Part shown: positions 1 through 12,081 of the stretch, one piece after another
Layout: the number at the start of each line of letters is the position of its first letter
How positions within the stretch are numbered: position 1 is the first letter of the stretch
NCBI GenBank assembly: GCA_002633005.1
Contig: NMRA01000119.1
Coordinates: forward strand, 770,228-834,227
Reading direction: 5' to 3'
DNA: 64,000 bases
From: Phoronis australis
Lineage: Eukaryota; Animalia; Phoronida
The notes under the pieces: generated by a model
The model's input: only the letters and a program-made list of their open reading frames with translations
What the model was told of the DNA's origin: nothing
The model's database searches: none
Program-made: the position numbers and the translations under genes

Positions 1-793
1 CAGAACAAAATTGAGCTGATAACTGGAGGTAACTCAGACAAATGTGGCATAGTTCGTGCGGGACCTTGAACTCCTGGAAAATCAATTAATTTATGAGTCG
101 AGTTTTCAAGCGCCTGGGGAAATCCTTGGAATTGTAGGAAATTTTTAGAAAGTCAATGAAAGTCCTTGGTTTTTCATCTTCATCATTGGATTGTTGAAAA
201 CTTCTTAATAAGACACTCTGGTGGTATTGCAAGCATTAAACAGTTCAAACTCCAATTTAGGGTATACGTGGTTACCGTGGTGAAAAGCTCCTTGAATTTT
301 TACTCAAATTGACATTGAAACTCCTTGCTGTTCAGACCCTCGACGTGTACGACCCTTGTGCAGTATTTGTACCACTGCATGAGTTACACAAGTCAACCAA
401 AATGCTTCTGAACAATTAGCTTGACTTTCAAGTTTTTGTGCTTGTGAAGTGTTTCAGATTTTCGCGTAGAACTAGCGTCTGAAGTAGTTACTCTGGAGAA
501 CATTCCGTAGACCTAGTATCTGGCGAGAAAAGCACGATGTCTCAAGACTTCGCAAAATCAAGCGAGTGAAAAGCAAGTGTTTCGTGAATATGCTCTGGAA
601 ATTACTAGCCTGTCCCAGAAAAATGTCTGAAGTGGTTGGTTGGTGAGATTGGAGTGTTGAATTATGGGATTGTTTCCATTCCATAAGATTTTTCACAGTG
701 AGTACAAGTGCAAGGCTTGCAGTCCGCAGAACTCTACCTTGGAGAAGTACAAGTGCTTGACATACGCTTAAATTTGTGTTCTTTTTTCCGTAG

Positions 794-897
794 GTCCTCT
801 CTTATACCACTACGCTGATATAAAAAATGAGACATCCATTGAACTGCCATATGACGATGTTAGATCTGTCATTGTACAAATGGGCTTTGAGTTCCTG
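794..897 (+). CDS. CARNMT1: Carnosine N-methyltransferase 1-like, penultimate coding exon
   Basis: ttttttccgtag acceptor and gtaagt donor; encodes (G)PLLYHYADIKNETSIELPYDDVRSVIVQMGFEFL, matching the recalled GPLLYH..SIELSY motif of CARNMT1/C9orf41; upstream exons lie outside the window. Confidence 0.9.
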
Positions 898-1156
898 GTA
901 AGTGACTTATGTTCTACACAGCGACCTATTTATCTGTCACAGCCTGATTTTGTGGGCAAAGTATTCACGTATTCTGCAAGCGAGTGTATGCGCAAAGTGA
1001 TTTATTTGAGTTTCTGGCATTTATTGACTAGTTGTAGAACTAAGTGTCTGCACTTTGTTTTGGTTGATTTGAGTTAACTCTGGTTTCAAAGCTGTGCTCA
1101 AGGTAAGAGTGTTTCCTGGCACTATTCACTGCTAGTTGCACAGTCATTGGACCAGA

Positions 1157-1463
1157 TTTATAAAAAAAGATACCTGCAAGCGATCTGGTGCACGGTGTAC
1201 CAGACGTGCGCAGGCCGTGCATTTGGGCCCATTGCACTGAACACCTCGAACCATTTTCATGCTGTAGTAATGTGTAGTTAACAGTGAGCTGAGGAGCTAG
1301 AGACCTGAGTAAAGGGTCCAGCAGTGTGGTCCAGTGGAACTTGAACCCACGGCCTTGAATAAAAGAGACCTGAGTAAAGGGTCTAGCAGTGTGGACCTGT
1401 GGAACTTGAACCCGCTGCCTTGAATAAAAGAAGTGGACACTTATCGCACTAGGCTACACTACT
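1157..1463 (-). mobile_element. tRNA-derived SINE with internal ~65-bp tandem duplication
   Basis: Minus strand has A-box-like TAGCCTAGTGCG and B-box GGTTCAAGTTCC (twice); homologous along its length to 47701-47943. Confidence 0.75.
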
Positions 1464-2563
1464 TTCTCTAAGTCCAGAGTTAACAAAAAGCATTCATAAT
1501 ACACGATAAACTCGCGTCAGTTCGACCTAACTGAACGTGAAATTCGACTCATCTCAAGGCCGAGTGCAGGAACTGGAACAACTAGTTTAGCAAAAGTGAG
1601 AGGTATGCGTGTCGGATGTCTGACTTGTCTGAGTTTTACTGTTGTAATTTGCATACATGATGCAACGTTATTGTTTCTATTGTTTGCATCCGATAACATC
1701 TCCAAGACTCCTAAGACTCGCTGTGTTATCGCCTGTTGTTCTCATATCCGATATGTGCTATGCTCCACAGTGAAAAGAACAGGGTTGTCTGTTTTGTCTT
1801 CATTTTTAAGGAGTCTTGACCTTTGTCCCTCTTTACATTGGCTGACACATGAAAAGTAATTGGACAAAATGCTGTTTTTTCGCCATGACGGCTAATACTG
1901 TAAACATCAAAAGTTACTAGTATTAACTATTAGGGCAGCAAAATACTAAATACAGAATGACTTAGGCACCTTGCTAACTTTCCTATTAATTCCCCTCATT
2001 CTCAGTCATCAGGGGAGACTACTCTGACGGTGATCTCGTCTGCCACTCACCCGCCATGATGGGGAATTCCAGATCATTTTGTCTATCCTTGTACTGTACA
2101 CATGATCAGATCAAGACAGGTGAACGAATAATGCTTTAAGAACATAACACTGTCAAGTCTCTACACTCCTTCGTGATTCCCTCTTGTCTTAAAGACAATC
2201 GTAAAGCTATATTGAGTGCCGTTCAGTTGGGCACACCGTTTCACACGATGGCATTTTCCAAAATGGTTTGATTTAATGTTGTGACTCATCACAAAAAATC
2301 GAGTCGTGAAACAAGGTAAGTCAACGTATTGTTGTCTAGGGTTACGCTGTAGCCGGAATGGAGTTCACAGGTGTCATTTTTCGCTAATAAGCTGCTTTGT
2401 TCTTATTTCATGTTGGTCATTTTTGACACCTTACCCACCAAAGCAGCACTCAGTGTATTCAGTTTATTAACCTTTGATTTGATGTAATGCATGACATATT
2501 CACTCTTTCAGAAATTTAAGAATTTTCCCATTGTTGCATATTCTGTAAGGCAGTAAACTTGTA

Positions 2564-2566
<3 letters not shown>

Positions 2567-2600
<34 letters not shown>

Positions 2601-2910
2601 TCTCCCTCTCTCCCTCTCTCCCTCTCNNNNNNNNNNNNNNNNNNNNNNNNNNNNNNNNNNNNNNNNNNNNNNNNNNNNNNNNNNNNNNNNNNNNNNNNNN
2701 NNNNNNNNNNNNNNNNNNNNNNNNNNNNNNNNNNNNNNNNNNNNNNNNNNNNNNNNNNNNNNNNNNNNNNNNNNNNNNNNNNNNNNNNNNNNNNNNNNNN
2801 NNNNNNNNNNNNNNNNNNNNNNNNNNNNNNNNNNNNNNNNNNNNNNNNNNNNNNNNNNNNNNNNNNNNNNCTCCCTCTCTCCCTCGCTCCCTCGCTCCCT
2901 CGCTCTCTCT
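2567..2910. repeat. (CT)n / (CCCTCT..)n microsatellite spanning the N gap 2627-2870
   Basis: Direct reading. Confidence 0.95.
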
Positions 2911-2969
2911 GTTACTCCTGGTAACACTTAAAATGACTTTTATCTCCTGGATCATTTTTCACCAAACAG

Positions 2970-3077
2970 AAGGAGTTCACGTCGGTGCCATCAACATACA
3001 CGTGCAACACCCGTTCCATGCTCAAGTATCAGTACGATTCAGCCTTCTTCGTGGTCCGCAAGCCAGAACTGAGGTGA
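2970..3077 (+). CDS. CARNMT1: Carnosine N-methyltransferase 1-like, last coding exon
   Basis: cag acceptor, phase 0 consistent with previous exon; KEFTSVPSTYTCNTRSMLKYQYDSAFFVVRKPELR* matches recalled CARNMT1 C-terminus (STYT.N..SM.KY.Y...FVVRKP). Confidence 0.9.
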   Translation, partial: KEFTSVPSTYTCNTRSMLKYQYDSAFFVVRKPELR

Positions 3078-5966
3078 AATGGTTAGTGTAGTGTGCATAC
3101 CTGCACTGGTCACTAGAGACATTAGGACATATGCTCTCAGTCACAACTAGCAGAAACGTATGAGTTGTTTGCATTGTTCAATTCTTTAAGAAATTCAGCC
3201 AGAAATTTTAGCAAAGCTATACGTCTGTGTCCAAGGCTGTGTTCTGTAAACGCAAGACGGTTGCAGCAAGCAATAGTTGCATATAATGTGCCCGTATTTT
3301 GAGAACCAGTTTGATGCCCATTATTCAGTGGATAAAACTGGTTCTCAAAATTCAAGCACGTGACGTCCGGCCATTAACATTGCAGCAAGAAATCTTCGCT
3401 TTTGGAACGATAACAGAGAATTCTATCCCATAATTCAACATTCCAACTTCACGATGCAATCGCTTCAGTGGCCTCCATTTTTTAAGGAATGCATGTAAGG
3501 ACGTGAGCATTCTCAATGAACATTTACGAGAATGCTCGGCACGTAACTAGTGGGATTTGCGTGATCTTGCTTTTTGCCGAGTGCCTTGTTTCCATGGAAC
3601 ACAACCTTGTACATTATAGCGGGAGGCTTTCAGGAAGCAGCGGGGGCTTGTCACGTGGTTACGATGGTTTCTTATCGCCACCTGACTTCAACACGAGGAA
3701 CTTTTTCACAGCTTGTGGCGTCGGGGAATGCGTCTGACATTGCGAAAAGGCCCTTTTATGGTGTATGTGGTTAGTCATGATTCATTTTAAACAAAAGCAG
3801 AGGTCACTAGGATCTGGTCTCATAAGATTGTTTGCCACATTGCTACTTGAAAGTCTTCCATTTTGCTAAGCCTTCTCACTGCATGTTAAGCTGGTATATA
3901 AGCTGTCTGCTCTGAAATGAGTTTCAGTGTATGGCATTCATTGTGAATATGTTCATCACAGGAAGTTGAGTGTACTGCGTTTCAAGTTGCTTTTGCTGCA
4001 AAGTGTTAGAAGTGGGCGACTGGGTTTTTCACTAGGTAGTACTGGTGAAGAATGGTGCCTCTTTTTGTCGTTTGAAATGATCAAGAACAAAAAGTTGTTC
4101 ACCAGCACGAGAGCAGTGATGGTCTAAAGGGGACACCCGTGATCTGAATGCACGCACTTTTACTGTCGCAAGCATTGTTTCACTCAACGCCTAGTGAATT
4201 CCGGAGATCCTCGTTCAGTAACTTCTTTGACTATTTACTTCTTGAAAAAGTAGATGAATGCAAGTGCTAGACTGAGCAGACTAACAGTTATTTACTTTTG
4301 TAAAAATTAAGCTTAATTTGACCGAGCTAGTGTGTCACCTTATTTGATATTTTACTTCAATTTCCTTGCTTCCTTAGCAAGTTAGCTTGAAAAAGACTAC
4401 CAATGGGTAATGGAAACCAGGCTTGTCAAAAAAAATCATGAAAAGCTTGTTAGGCCAGTCACCTTTTTCAGCATTGGATTCCAGGGTTGGACACCTTGTC
4501 CTCTGGTAACAGTGTTGTGCAAGCTTGTAGAAGATTGCAGTTACCTAATTCACATTGACTTTCTGTAGCGATTTCTGTCTCCAGTTAAAACTGGTTTCTT
4601 TATTGATTGGTGATCAATATAAGCATGTCTCATGGTCTGTTTCTGTGCGACACCGAGGCACGTGCAGTACTCTTAAGTTTAGCAAAATAAAGATGTTTGT
4701 CACAGTGCTAGTAATGAAATGCAAGTTTACTGTGCGATCTTGAATAAGGTAGACTATGAAATCTTGAAGAACGTTGGCCAATGATGTACGTAGGTTCAAT
4801 TGTTCACAGTTTTGTTTATTTGCAAACCATTGTTAATGTTTTCGACAATCTTGGGCAATGGTCTTTGGGAATCTGTTTTAGTGGACTGCTACATGACGTC
4901 ACCGCCGACGCCTCTTGGGTTGCGTTGAGGACCCTCTGTGGTGGATTAGTAATTAGGGATGTGTCTGATGGTCTAGTTTATGCAGATCACAATGCCTGTT
5001 CGTGCAAGTGTCCCCAAGTTTGAATAATAGTGAATAAGTTTGCATACTTTTTGTTGCATTAATCTTGCTACCAAGTATTATTCAGACTTGATGAACTTAG
5101 TGTCGTATATCGGATGGCCACAACACGGTCCTCAGTACGATTTTGTATGGAAAACGCTTTTGTTTTGATGTTCATGGGATGTACTCATGATGTTGAATTT
5201 TTCTGTGTCACAATAATCGCATCCCTCTTTCACAGGGGTCACAAAAAGGTGTTGGATAGTTGCTAGTTTTTGAATGGTTGGTTCCTTAAATATTTCCATG
5301 CTGAAGTGGACAAGAAAAAACAACATAAATGTGCCCCATTCAGCCCACCAATTTTTGGTGTTGGCATGACAATTTACTGTGCACTGCAAAAACTTTCATA
5401 GCATTATGGTTATGTGGGACATTGTGGGCATGTCTGAGCAAGTTAGCCAGTCATCTACAAAAGATACATTGATTGCAAAACAACAGTATCAATAATATTG
5501 AACAAATTTTGTTTAACATAAATGTTTGAGATGAAATTTCAAAAACGCTGTTTTCTAAAGTATTTCGTTTTTGTTTTATGCAGTTTTTCATGAATGTCAT
5601 AAAAATCTTATGTTTGATAGATCCTCATGCAAAAGTGGAAATTTTAAAAATAATTCCCTACAGCATTTTGAAGAATAGTGCATAAATTGTAGTATCATAC
5701 ACGTATGATCGGCTATTTCTGAGAATGATGTTCTGAAGTTAGCCAAATTACTTTTCTGGCGTCCTACACAACCTTAAAATGAGGAATGTCAAAATGATTT
5801 TTGTGTACTAAAATGTGGTTAGCTCTGTTGCAGTGTACAACTGTGAGAAGTGTCCTACTGGTGCACAGCATTATGGGTAAATGTTGAAGAATGAAAGAGA
5901 GAGTGCTGCCTCGTTTGGAATGTGGCCGTCTGGTATAGTGTGATATTGTGGCAAGGCTGTTTGGGA

Positions 5967-6546
5967 CTCGCTGGTTCCCTGCGTGCCGCCGAGGTGGTCG
6001 GTAGCCAGCACGCAGGTATCACTTAAATTTCCTCAGGAATTTTTTTTACACTGGCGTTTCTGATTGGCTGGTCAAATTCTCAACAGGCAGCGCTTTAGGC
6101 AAACAAACTGGCATGATTGATGGAGCAAGTGCAAATGTCAGTGGTCTGTTGTAGGCCTACAGACAAATCAGTGCTTAAAATTTATGTTCAGGAAATCTGA
6201 ATCCCAGAAATTGTGGCTGCGCCTTCCGAGTGCATATTTCTATTGTGGATGACTTTTGTTTACTCTACTGTCCTGTATTCATACAGTATGAAAAACACCA
6301 CCCTTTAAATCGGCCAGGTATGTGTTTATTGTACATGTATGTGCTTCAAGCACGCAGCTATTAAACATTACTGTAGGAACGAAATAGTTGCTGCTACGCC
6401 ACTTGTATGACAAGGCTAACAATCGTTCATAGTCTGCCATTTTTTCACCTTATTGTAAAGCTAACCAATGACTGCCGAGGTTACACCAACCAATGCTAAA
6501 GCGCGTGATACCTTCGTGCTGGCTAGGCAAATAGGGAACCAGAAAA
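5967..6546. mobile_element. MITE family B (~0.5 kb, TIR CTCGCTGGTTCCCT, long TSD; Mutator-like by TSD length)
   Basis: TIR plus subterminal inverted tagccagcacgcaggtatcac; flanked by direct repeat ctgtttggga (5957-5966, 6547-6556); second copy at 60473-60936. Confidence 0.8.
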
Positions 6547-6839
6547 CTGTTTGGGACAACATTTTTGAGTCGGGGAATTTTCCTGGGAGAATATTCTGCT
6601 TTACTTTTCTCATTAAAGGTATGCCAAAGCTATTGCTATCATTTCAACCCAAAATACTTTTCTTTGCATTTATAGTAAAAACTAGTCAGAATATCCTTTT
6701 AGTTGTTAGTACTCAAGTATCCACTACAAGTATTGCATCATTGTTAAATGTATGGTGAGAAATACAACCCAATTTTTATTATTTTATTGTACATGTATTG
6801 ATATAAAATTTTAATTTAAAAGTCACTTGAAAAGATAAA

Positions 6840-7048
6840 GTAACTCTTCACTTATTTACCCTGACAATATGGCCAACATTTTGTCAAATTTCCTAACAAA
6901 GATCAAGATTAAGAAAATTTTAGTATATAACCATCATGGTTTGTTCTGTTTACATGTAAACCAGTTTGGTGAAATGTCCATTTTCGTTATTAATTAGCCT
7001 TTGAAAAATGACAATTTTGGAAATATTGTGAAACAAGTGAAGAGTTAC
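6840..7048. mobile_element. AT-rich MITE (TIR gtaactcttcactt / aagtgaagagttac)
   Basis: 14-bp perfect TIR plus further imperfect subterminal symmetry; single copy in window. Confidence 0.55.
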
Positions 7049-8171
7049 CATAAGTTTACATGGAATGCATTTAAAACAACATAATATTCACATCCTGTTT
7101 ATAAAACATTACTTTAGTGTTAATATCAGTCAATATCCCACTTGCGATGCAGCATGACTGCATTCCTGGTAAATTTTCCTGACCTATACACTTATAGCCC
7201 ATGTATTGGGGCCAACTTCATTGGTATTCTTTGATCTTGGAATCTGTCACCATCTATTCCAATTTTTTATACCCTGGACGTTTAATATACTGCTTCCAAC
7301 TTGACATGTATGACCAGAAATAAGTATTTCAAAGTATACTAAATCTATATGACAGTTACGTTATTCTATACAAATTATTTATCACGCTATGTACAATTTG
7401 AGCATTAACTGGTTCATAATACTTCGTTGTACCTACAATATGGGAAGCTCTGGGTTATTAGAAAGTGTAGAAAAGTATAAATTGTTACGTACTGAGTCTT
7501 AGTGGGACCCGATACAATTCTCCTCCTTCGAATGGGTCTCCATTAAGGTTTGTTCAGTTTAGGTGTACTGCATTGCATTTAAGACGATAGAATTTTTCTG
7601 TCCTACCAATAAATAGCACCTGAACATTTCAAGAACTGGGCTGCGTCCCAAAAACACAAGATCAAAACAAGTTTTCGCAAGATGTCGCCATGCATTACAA
7701 ACGTGGCCACTGTACCTTTTCTCGCGATTGTCTAGTGCGGGTCTACCGAACGCTGCCCAGGTCATAAAATTGAAATCAAAAGGATAAAACGAACTCTTCG
7801 TCTTGACTACAGACTTGGTCAAGTGTTGTCGTTGCAGATGGTATTGACCCAATTATATGGCACAAATGAGTTTTTCGCCATTGGCAACAAGGTGGCTAAT
7901 GTTTTAGTCAGCAGGAAAGCCCGCATGTGGTTAATTCTTGTTGGTCACGGAAAAAATCAAAAGTGGTACATTTTTTTGACGATCTGCGCATCGATCCCGA
8001 TGGAACCTGTTTGAAGAATTCACCGTTCTGCGGAGGATTCTCAGATTGTTTCATGTGGAGAAAGGTTTATCCCCAATCAAATTTCTGTGAGCGTGAATTC
8101 AGGTTAAGATACTGCAACCGAAACGTGCAGCGCTTAAGTTGTGCCGACACCTAGAAGTCTTCCAAGGTTCA

Positions 8172-8339
8172 TCATAACCTCGTATCCCATTCGTCATTGT
8201 CTGGGTTCCAGTAAGTCCTAATACCGTCCTCTTCCTCAAATGTAACTAGCGATGAAGACGATTTTCTACTCTCGTCCTCCCTGTCTACAGAGTCACCTGG
8301 AGTCTCGACTGGATCGAATTGTAACGTTTCTTCCAAGTA
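8172..8339 (-). CDS. Transmembrane SEA mucin, distal terminal exon (tail ending DTRL*)
   Basis: Strong acceptor tttttgttttcag, phase 0, open 56 codons YLEETLQFDP...RTYWNPDNDEWDTRL*; class I PDZ ligand at the stop. Confidence 0.7.
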   Translation of the reverse strand, partial: YLEETLQFDPVETPGDSVDREDESRKSSSSLVTFEEEDGIRTYWNPDNDEWDTRL

Positions 8340-8859
8340 CTGAAAACAAAAATATCATTACCATAAATTTGAAACTTTTGAACAAAAAATCCCAAGTAGA
8401 CAGCCGCATCGTTGCTCATTATGGTATTGTACCCGAAATTGTCTCCCGACTTCTGACCGGAACTCGTTCTGAAATCTCTGGTCAGATATTAACCGCTGAA
8501 CATAACAATGTCAAGACGCAGCCCGTAAATGCTTGTGTACTGTTAAATATTAGAAGAAGCTGAGTGTTATTTTTCTCGACATTTCGTCTACGGCTAGTAG
8601 TCACAACGAGAATGCGATTCTGTGACTCACTGCTTTTTGTTGTTGGGAGTTAACAACTTGCCGAAGGGATTTCAGGCTAAAATATTTTTGTTGGGGCATT
8701 GCATTCATAGCTCAATAAGTGATGTGATGAAGTTGCCCGTCTCCATTGGGGTGAGAGCAGACGAATAGCTGCAAGCTTTACTGCGCCGTCCTCAAGCGAG
8801 CACAGCTCAAAGCTCGCTGCGGGTGTCCCGCACACAGCAAGCAAAATGCTCAATGACTT

Positions 8860-9010
8860 GGCGTGCGTTCAGTAGACGCTAGGACCTGCGCTAGGACCTA
8901 GCTAAAACCTAGTCAAAGTCACGTGCTCTCCTTTAAAATGCACTGCAATATCTCACGTAATCTCGCAGTCTTGGTTTTTAGGGAGGACCTAGCGTTACTG
9001 AACGGGAGGC
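8860..9010. mobile_element. MITE family A (~150 bp; inverted ends gttcagta(g)acgctaggacct...aggacctagcgttactgaac)
   Basis: Near-identical copies at 42800-42943, 60439-61063 (interrupted), 62659-62811; diverged variants at 26071-26226 and 57236-57369. Confidence 0.8.
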
Positions 9011-10715
9011 TGTTCTTACATTCGTTGTAAACAGTGAAGAAATAAGTCATCGAGAGAGAATTGTTGTTGTCAGGTGATGCAATAGTTTATTTCAATAGGC
9101 TACCGAAGGTAATCGACTAAGTACTTCGGCTTACGCCGCCAGCATCTCGTGAGGATTTACGCTAACCAAAACCAGGTAAATGAACTTCAACACATGAGAC
9201 ATCCGCCGCATTGACCGCCTCGCGAGACAAAATCCTCACATTTGTTTTTCCTGCAGTCGTGTGATACTCCGAGGCTCGTAACTCCTCGTGTGCGCTCTCT
9301 TATGATTAACTTTCACCCTGAACTTTATATCAAATAAAATTTGATCGTGTGCTTGATACCGTAGTTTTGCTATCAATGTACGTCTTTCCTTCTGTTAAAT
9401 TTCACTGAAAGACATGATCACGTGACCCAATTAATTACATTTTGCTAAAAATTCAAAAAATCAAATTCCGCGGCCTTTCTACTTTAAAATTTATACTTTC
9501 CTAGACATTTTGTTAAATCCACAGACTAGTCGATACGCATGCGCGCACCCGGGGGGGGGGGCTCGAAGGAGCGAAGGCAGGAACCACCAAAGTTCGGCGA
9601 ATGCACAATTCATAGCTCTGAACGTATCCGTGAATCTTAGTAAAAGATCCACATTCTCAAAAATTCGAGCTCCCATTTTTAGGCTGGGTGCGCGCATGAT
9701 AAGGTCCTACCTAATCTTGGCCTATTGCAAGCGGTAGCCATTGAAAATTAATCCGGCCTGACAACAACAAATCTCTCGCTGGCTCACTCTACGGTGTGTT
9801 TATTAGGGAACGTAAGTAACAGGTCAATGAGCATCTTTCTCGTTGTATGGCGGTAACCCGCATCAAGTTTTGAGCAGTGCTTCAGGACGACAGTTCAGCT
9901 TTCGGATATTTGTCTGCGTTGGCCCCAAAGTTCCACACAGAGAAAGGGAATACCTCGAAAGTAGGCCTACATTGTAATTTGAGCAAGGAGGGGAGAATAA
10001 AAAGGAAAAAGCCTCAAGTTGGGTGCTGCACTGCAGAAACTAAGGGCCTGAGCAGGTGATTTCCTGTCAAACCACGCCACTCGTACCTGGAAGCGCCAAA
10101 AGAAAATACCAAAGCGTGCACACCACACAATTCACTAGCCTACGCTCAAAACTTGCTGCTTATCGGTTTCGTTCAGCAGTCTAAGCTGCTGTTTGCCACA
10201 GACTGAGCTCTAGCACCCAAAGGCTGTGACCCAATCCTCGAAATCGAACGCCGGCTTAGTTTTGAGGTCAGCCGTTTTACTGATCACTAGTTTTGTACGA
10301 TACACCATGATTTACACAAGAGTTACTGCCATATTCAGCTTCACCGGCTATTTTTCATTGTAGCGCCATCAGAATTTCAAGTTAAAACTCCTTCAAACTC
10401 TATTTTGAAAAACGCTGATCCACTGAGAGACCGTCGTTTATTTGGAAAGCCGTTTTATGAAGCGACGAAACCAGCAAATTATTAGAAAGCCAAAATATTA
10501 AAGCTATATGCGTACGTTGAACTTCGATATCGGAAAATGGATCACCAGAGACAGTTCGATATCGGAAAATGGATCTCCAGAGACCCAGAATGTAATTTTA
10601 TTGACCGGCCTTTATCCACTACACGTTCAAGCAATTACGCTACAAGACAGATGAAATACTGCTGGATTTTTTTCTCTTACTGCTAGGGAATTGTGTGCAA
10701 GGTGGGCATGTACCG

Positions 10716-10736
10716 TTAGACTCTCGTAATCAGCAT
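10716..10736 (-). CDS. Transmembrane SEA mucin, candidate proximal alternative terminal exon (MLITRV*)
   Basis: Acceptor gttttctctgcag followed in phase 0 by ATG CTG ATT ACG AGA GTC TAA; very short, so chance occurrence is possible. Confidence 0.5.
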   Translation of the reverse strand: MLITRV

Positions 10737-10923
10737 CTGCAGAGAAAACAATAGAGGGGTAATGTTACACAATTCGTATTTTAACACATGAGGTGTGCAG
10801 TTTGGCCACGGTAGTCCGAGCTTCTCATTGGTTGATAAAGCCTGAAGCCAGCTCCAAAAAACTGACTTCGCTATGACGATTCTTAAACATCAGTCAATTT
10901 TAAGATAAAACTTAAATTTGTCT

Positions 10924-11095
10924 CAAGGCCGTTTCAAGAAATAGATCTTAAGTTTGACTTAAGTTTTTGACTTGAAAGTTTGGTCTTAGTTTTGACTAAT
11001 TTTCCGGATGCGGAAGTTTCAAAGTTTGGAAGTTGAGACAAATCTTAGACCTAAATAAAAATGAATTTAAGTCAGTTTCTTGGAACGGGCCCCTG
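10924..11095. mobile_element. MITE with TIR ggccgtttcaagaaa / tttcttggaacgggcc (Harbinger-like ends)
   Basis: Imperfect TIR with internal cttaag-rich symmetry; single copy. Confidence 0.5.
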
Positions 11096-11706
11096 GACTC
11101 CGCGCTATAAAACATGCCTAAGTTAAATCCTTACTACGCGAGACCATATTGAGCCCATGCATGATCCATCTTGACCGGACAGTTCGTTAAGCATGTTCCC
11201 AAGCGATAAGGAACCGTCAGTCATACTGAAGCCCAAAAATCACAAGGATACGAGACGGGTTTTACAACCGTAAGTGGTCTAAATGAAAAGTTATTTCTAC
11301 AGAAGTCGGATTTATTGAAAATTCACCACTTCAAGCAAAAGCCTGCATGAATTGAGAAGCATGTTTTGGGGGTGACCATGTGACCTCACGTTCGGGTGTT
11401 AAGTTTTCAAACTGTGGACTTCCTGTTCTTCCATTGCAACAAAATAACTATGATCTGAGAAACTTAATATGTATGCAATGATTTCGCCTATGGTCAATTC
11501 CAAATGCCCATTCTGTCAAAAATCATACAGGCGACATGGCCATATGCGACTGCCACATACACTGCTCTTTTAGAAAGTAAAAGCACTGAAACTCGTCGCA
11601 CACTAACTAAAGCTCATGTGTTCCAGTACACAGTAGCAATGAAACTTAAAAATTATAATGAAAAGTTTCCTTCATCCGTCGCATTTCTATGAATGTATAA
11701 ACTTAC

Positions 11707-12081
11707 CATTGCCGACTGTCCAGGCGCTATGCTTGAGCTCTCAGACTCTGATCTTGATCTTGGAGGGGATTTTGAAGATCTTGAGCTATCGCTTGGACCC
11801 TCCCCAGGATCCATTTCTATAGAGGACATCGGTGGACTGTCTTCTCTTTGACTGAGCTCTGCTAGACTATCTGGAGTGCCTGTGGGTGGCGACTCCCTGC
11901 GGAACGTGGAATTCGTTTGTATCTCATTCACTTCGATTACTTCGTCACTTGGGGGTTCTTTGGAATCGTAGGACGGGTTGTCATACACGGCGTTGGTCCA
12001 GTCGGGATTTGGAATAAACATCGGTGACTCAGGATCTGACTTCCGCGAGTTTTCAGCTGGTTCCTCCCGCCTCACACAACA
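11707..12081 (-). CDS. Transmembrane SEA mucin, cytoplasmic tail exon
   Basis: ttatag acceptor, gtaagt donor, 125 codons: CCVRREEPAE...VYDNPSY...PGQSAM; in phase with the TM exon. Confidence 0.85.

Noticed and set aside
2500-2955. ORFs with ER/GR repeats
   Set aside because: Translation of a CT microsatellite and an N gap in a CARNMT1 intron
10523-10586. 32-bp tandem duplication ttcgatatcggaaaatggatc...
   Set aside because: Only two units, non-coding; ordinary local slippage
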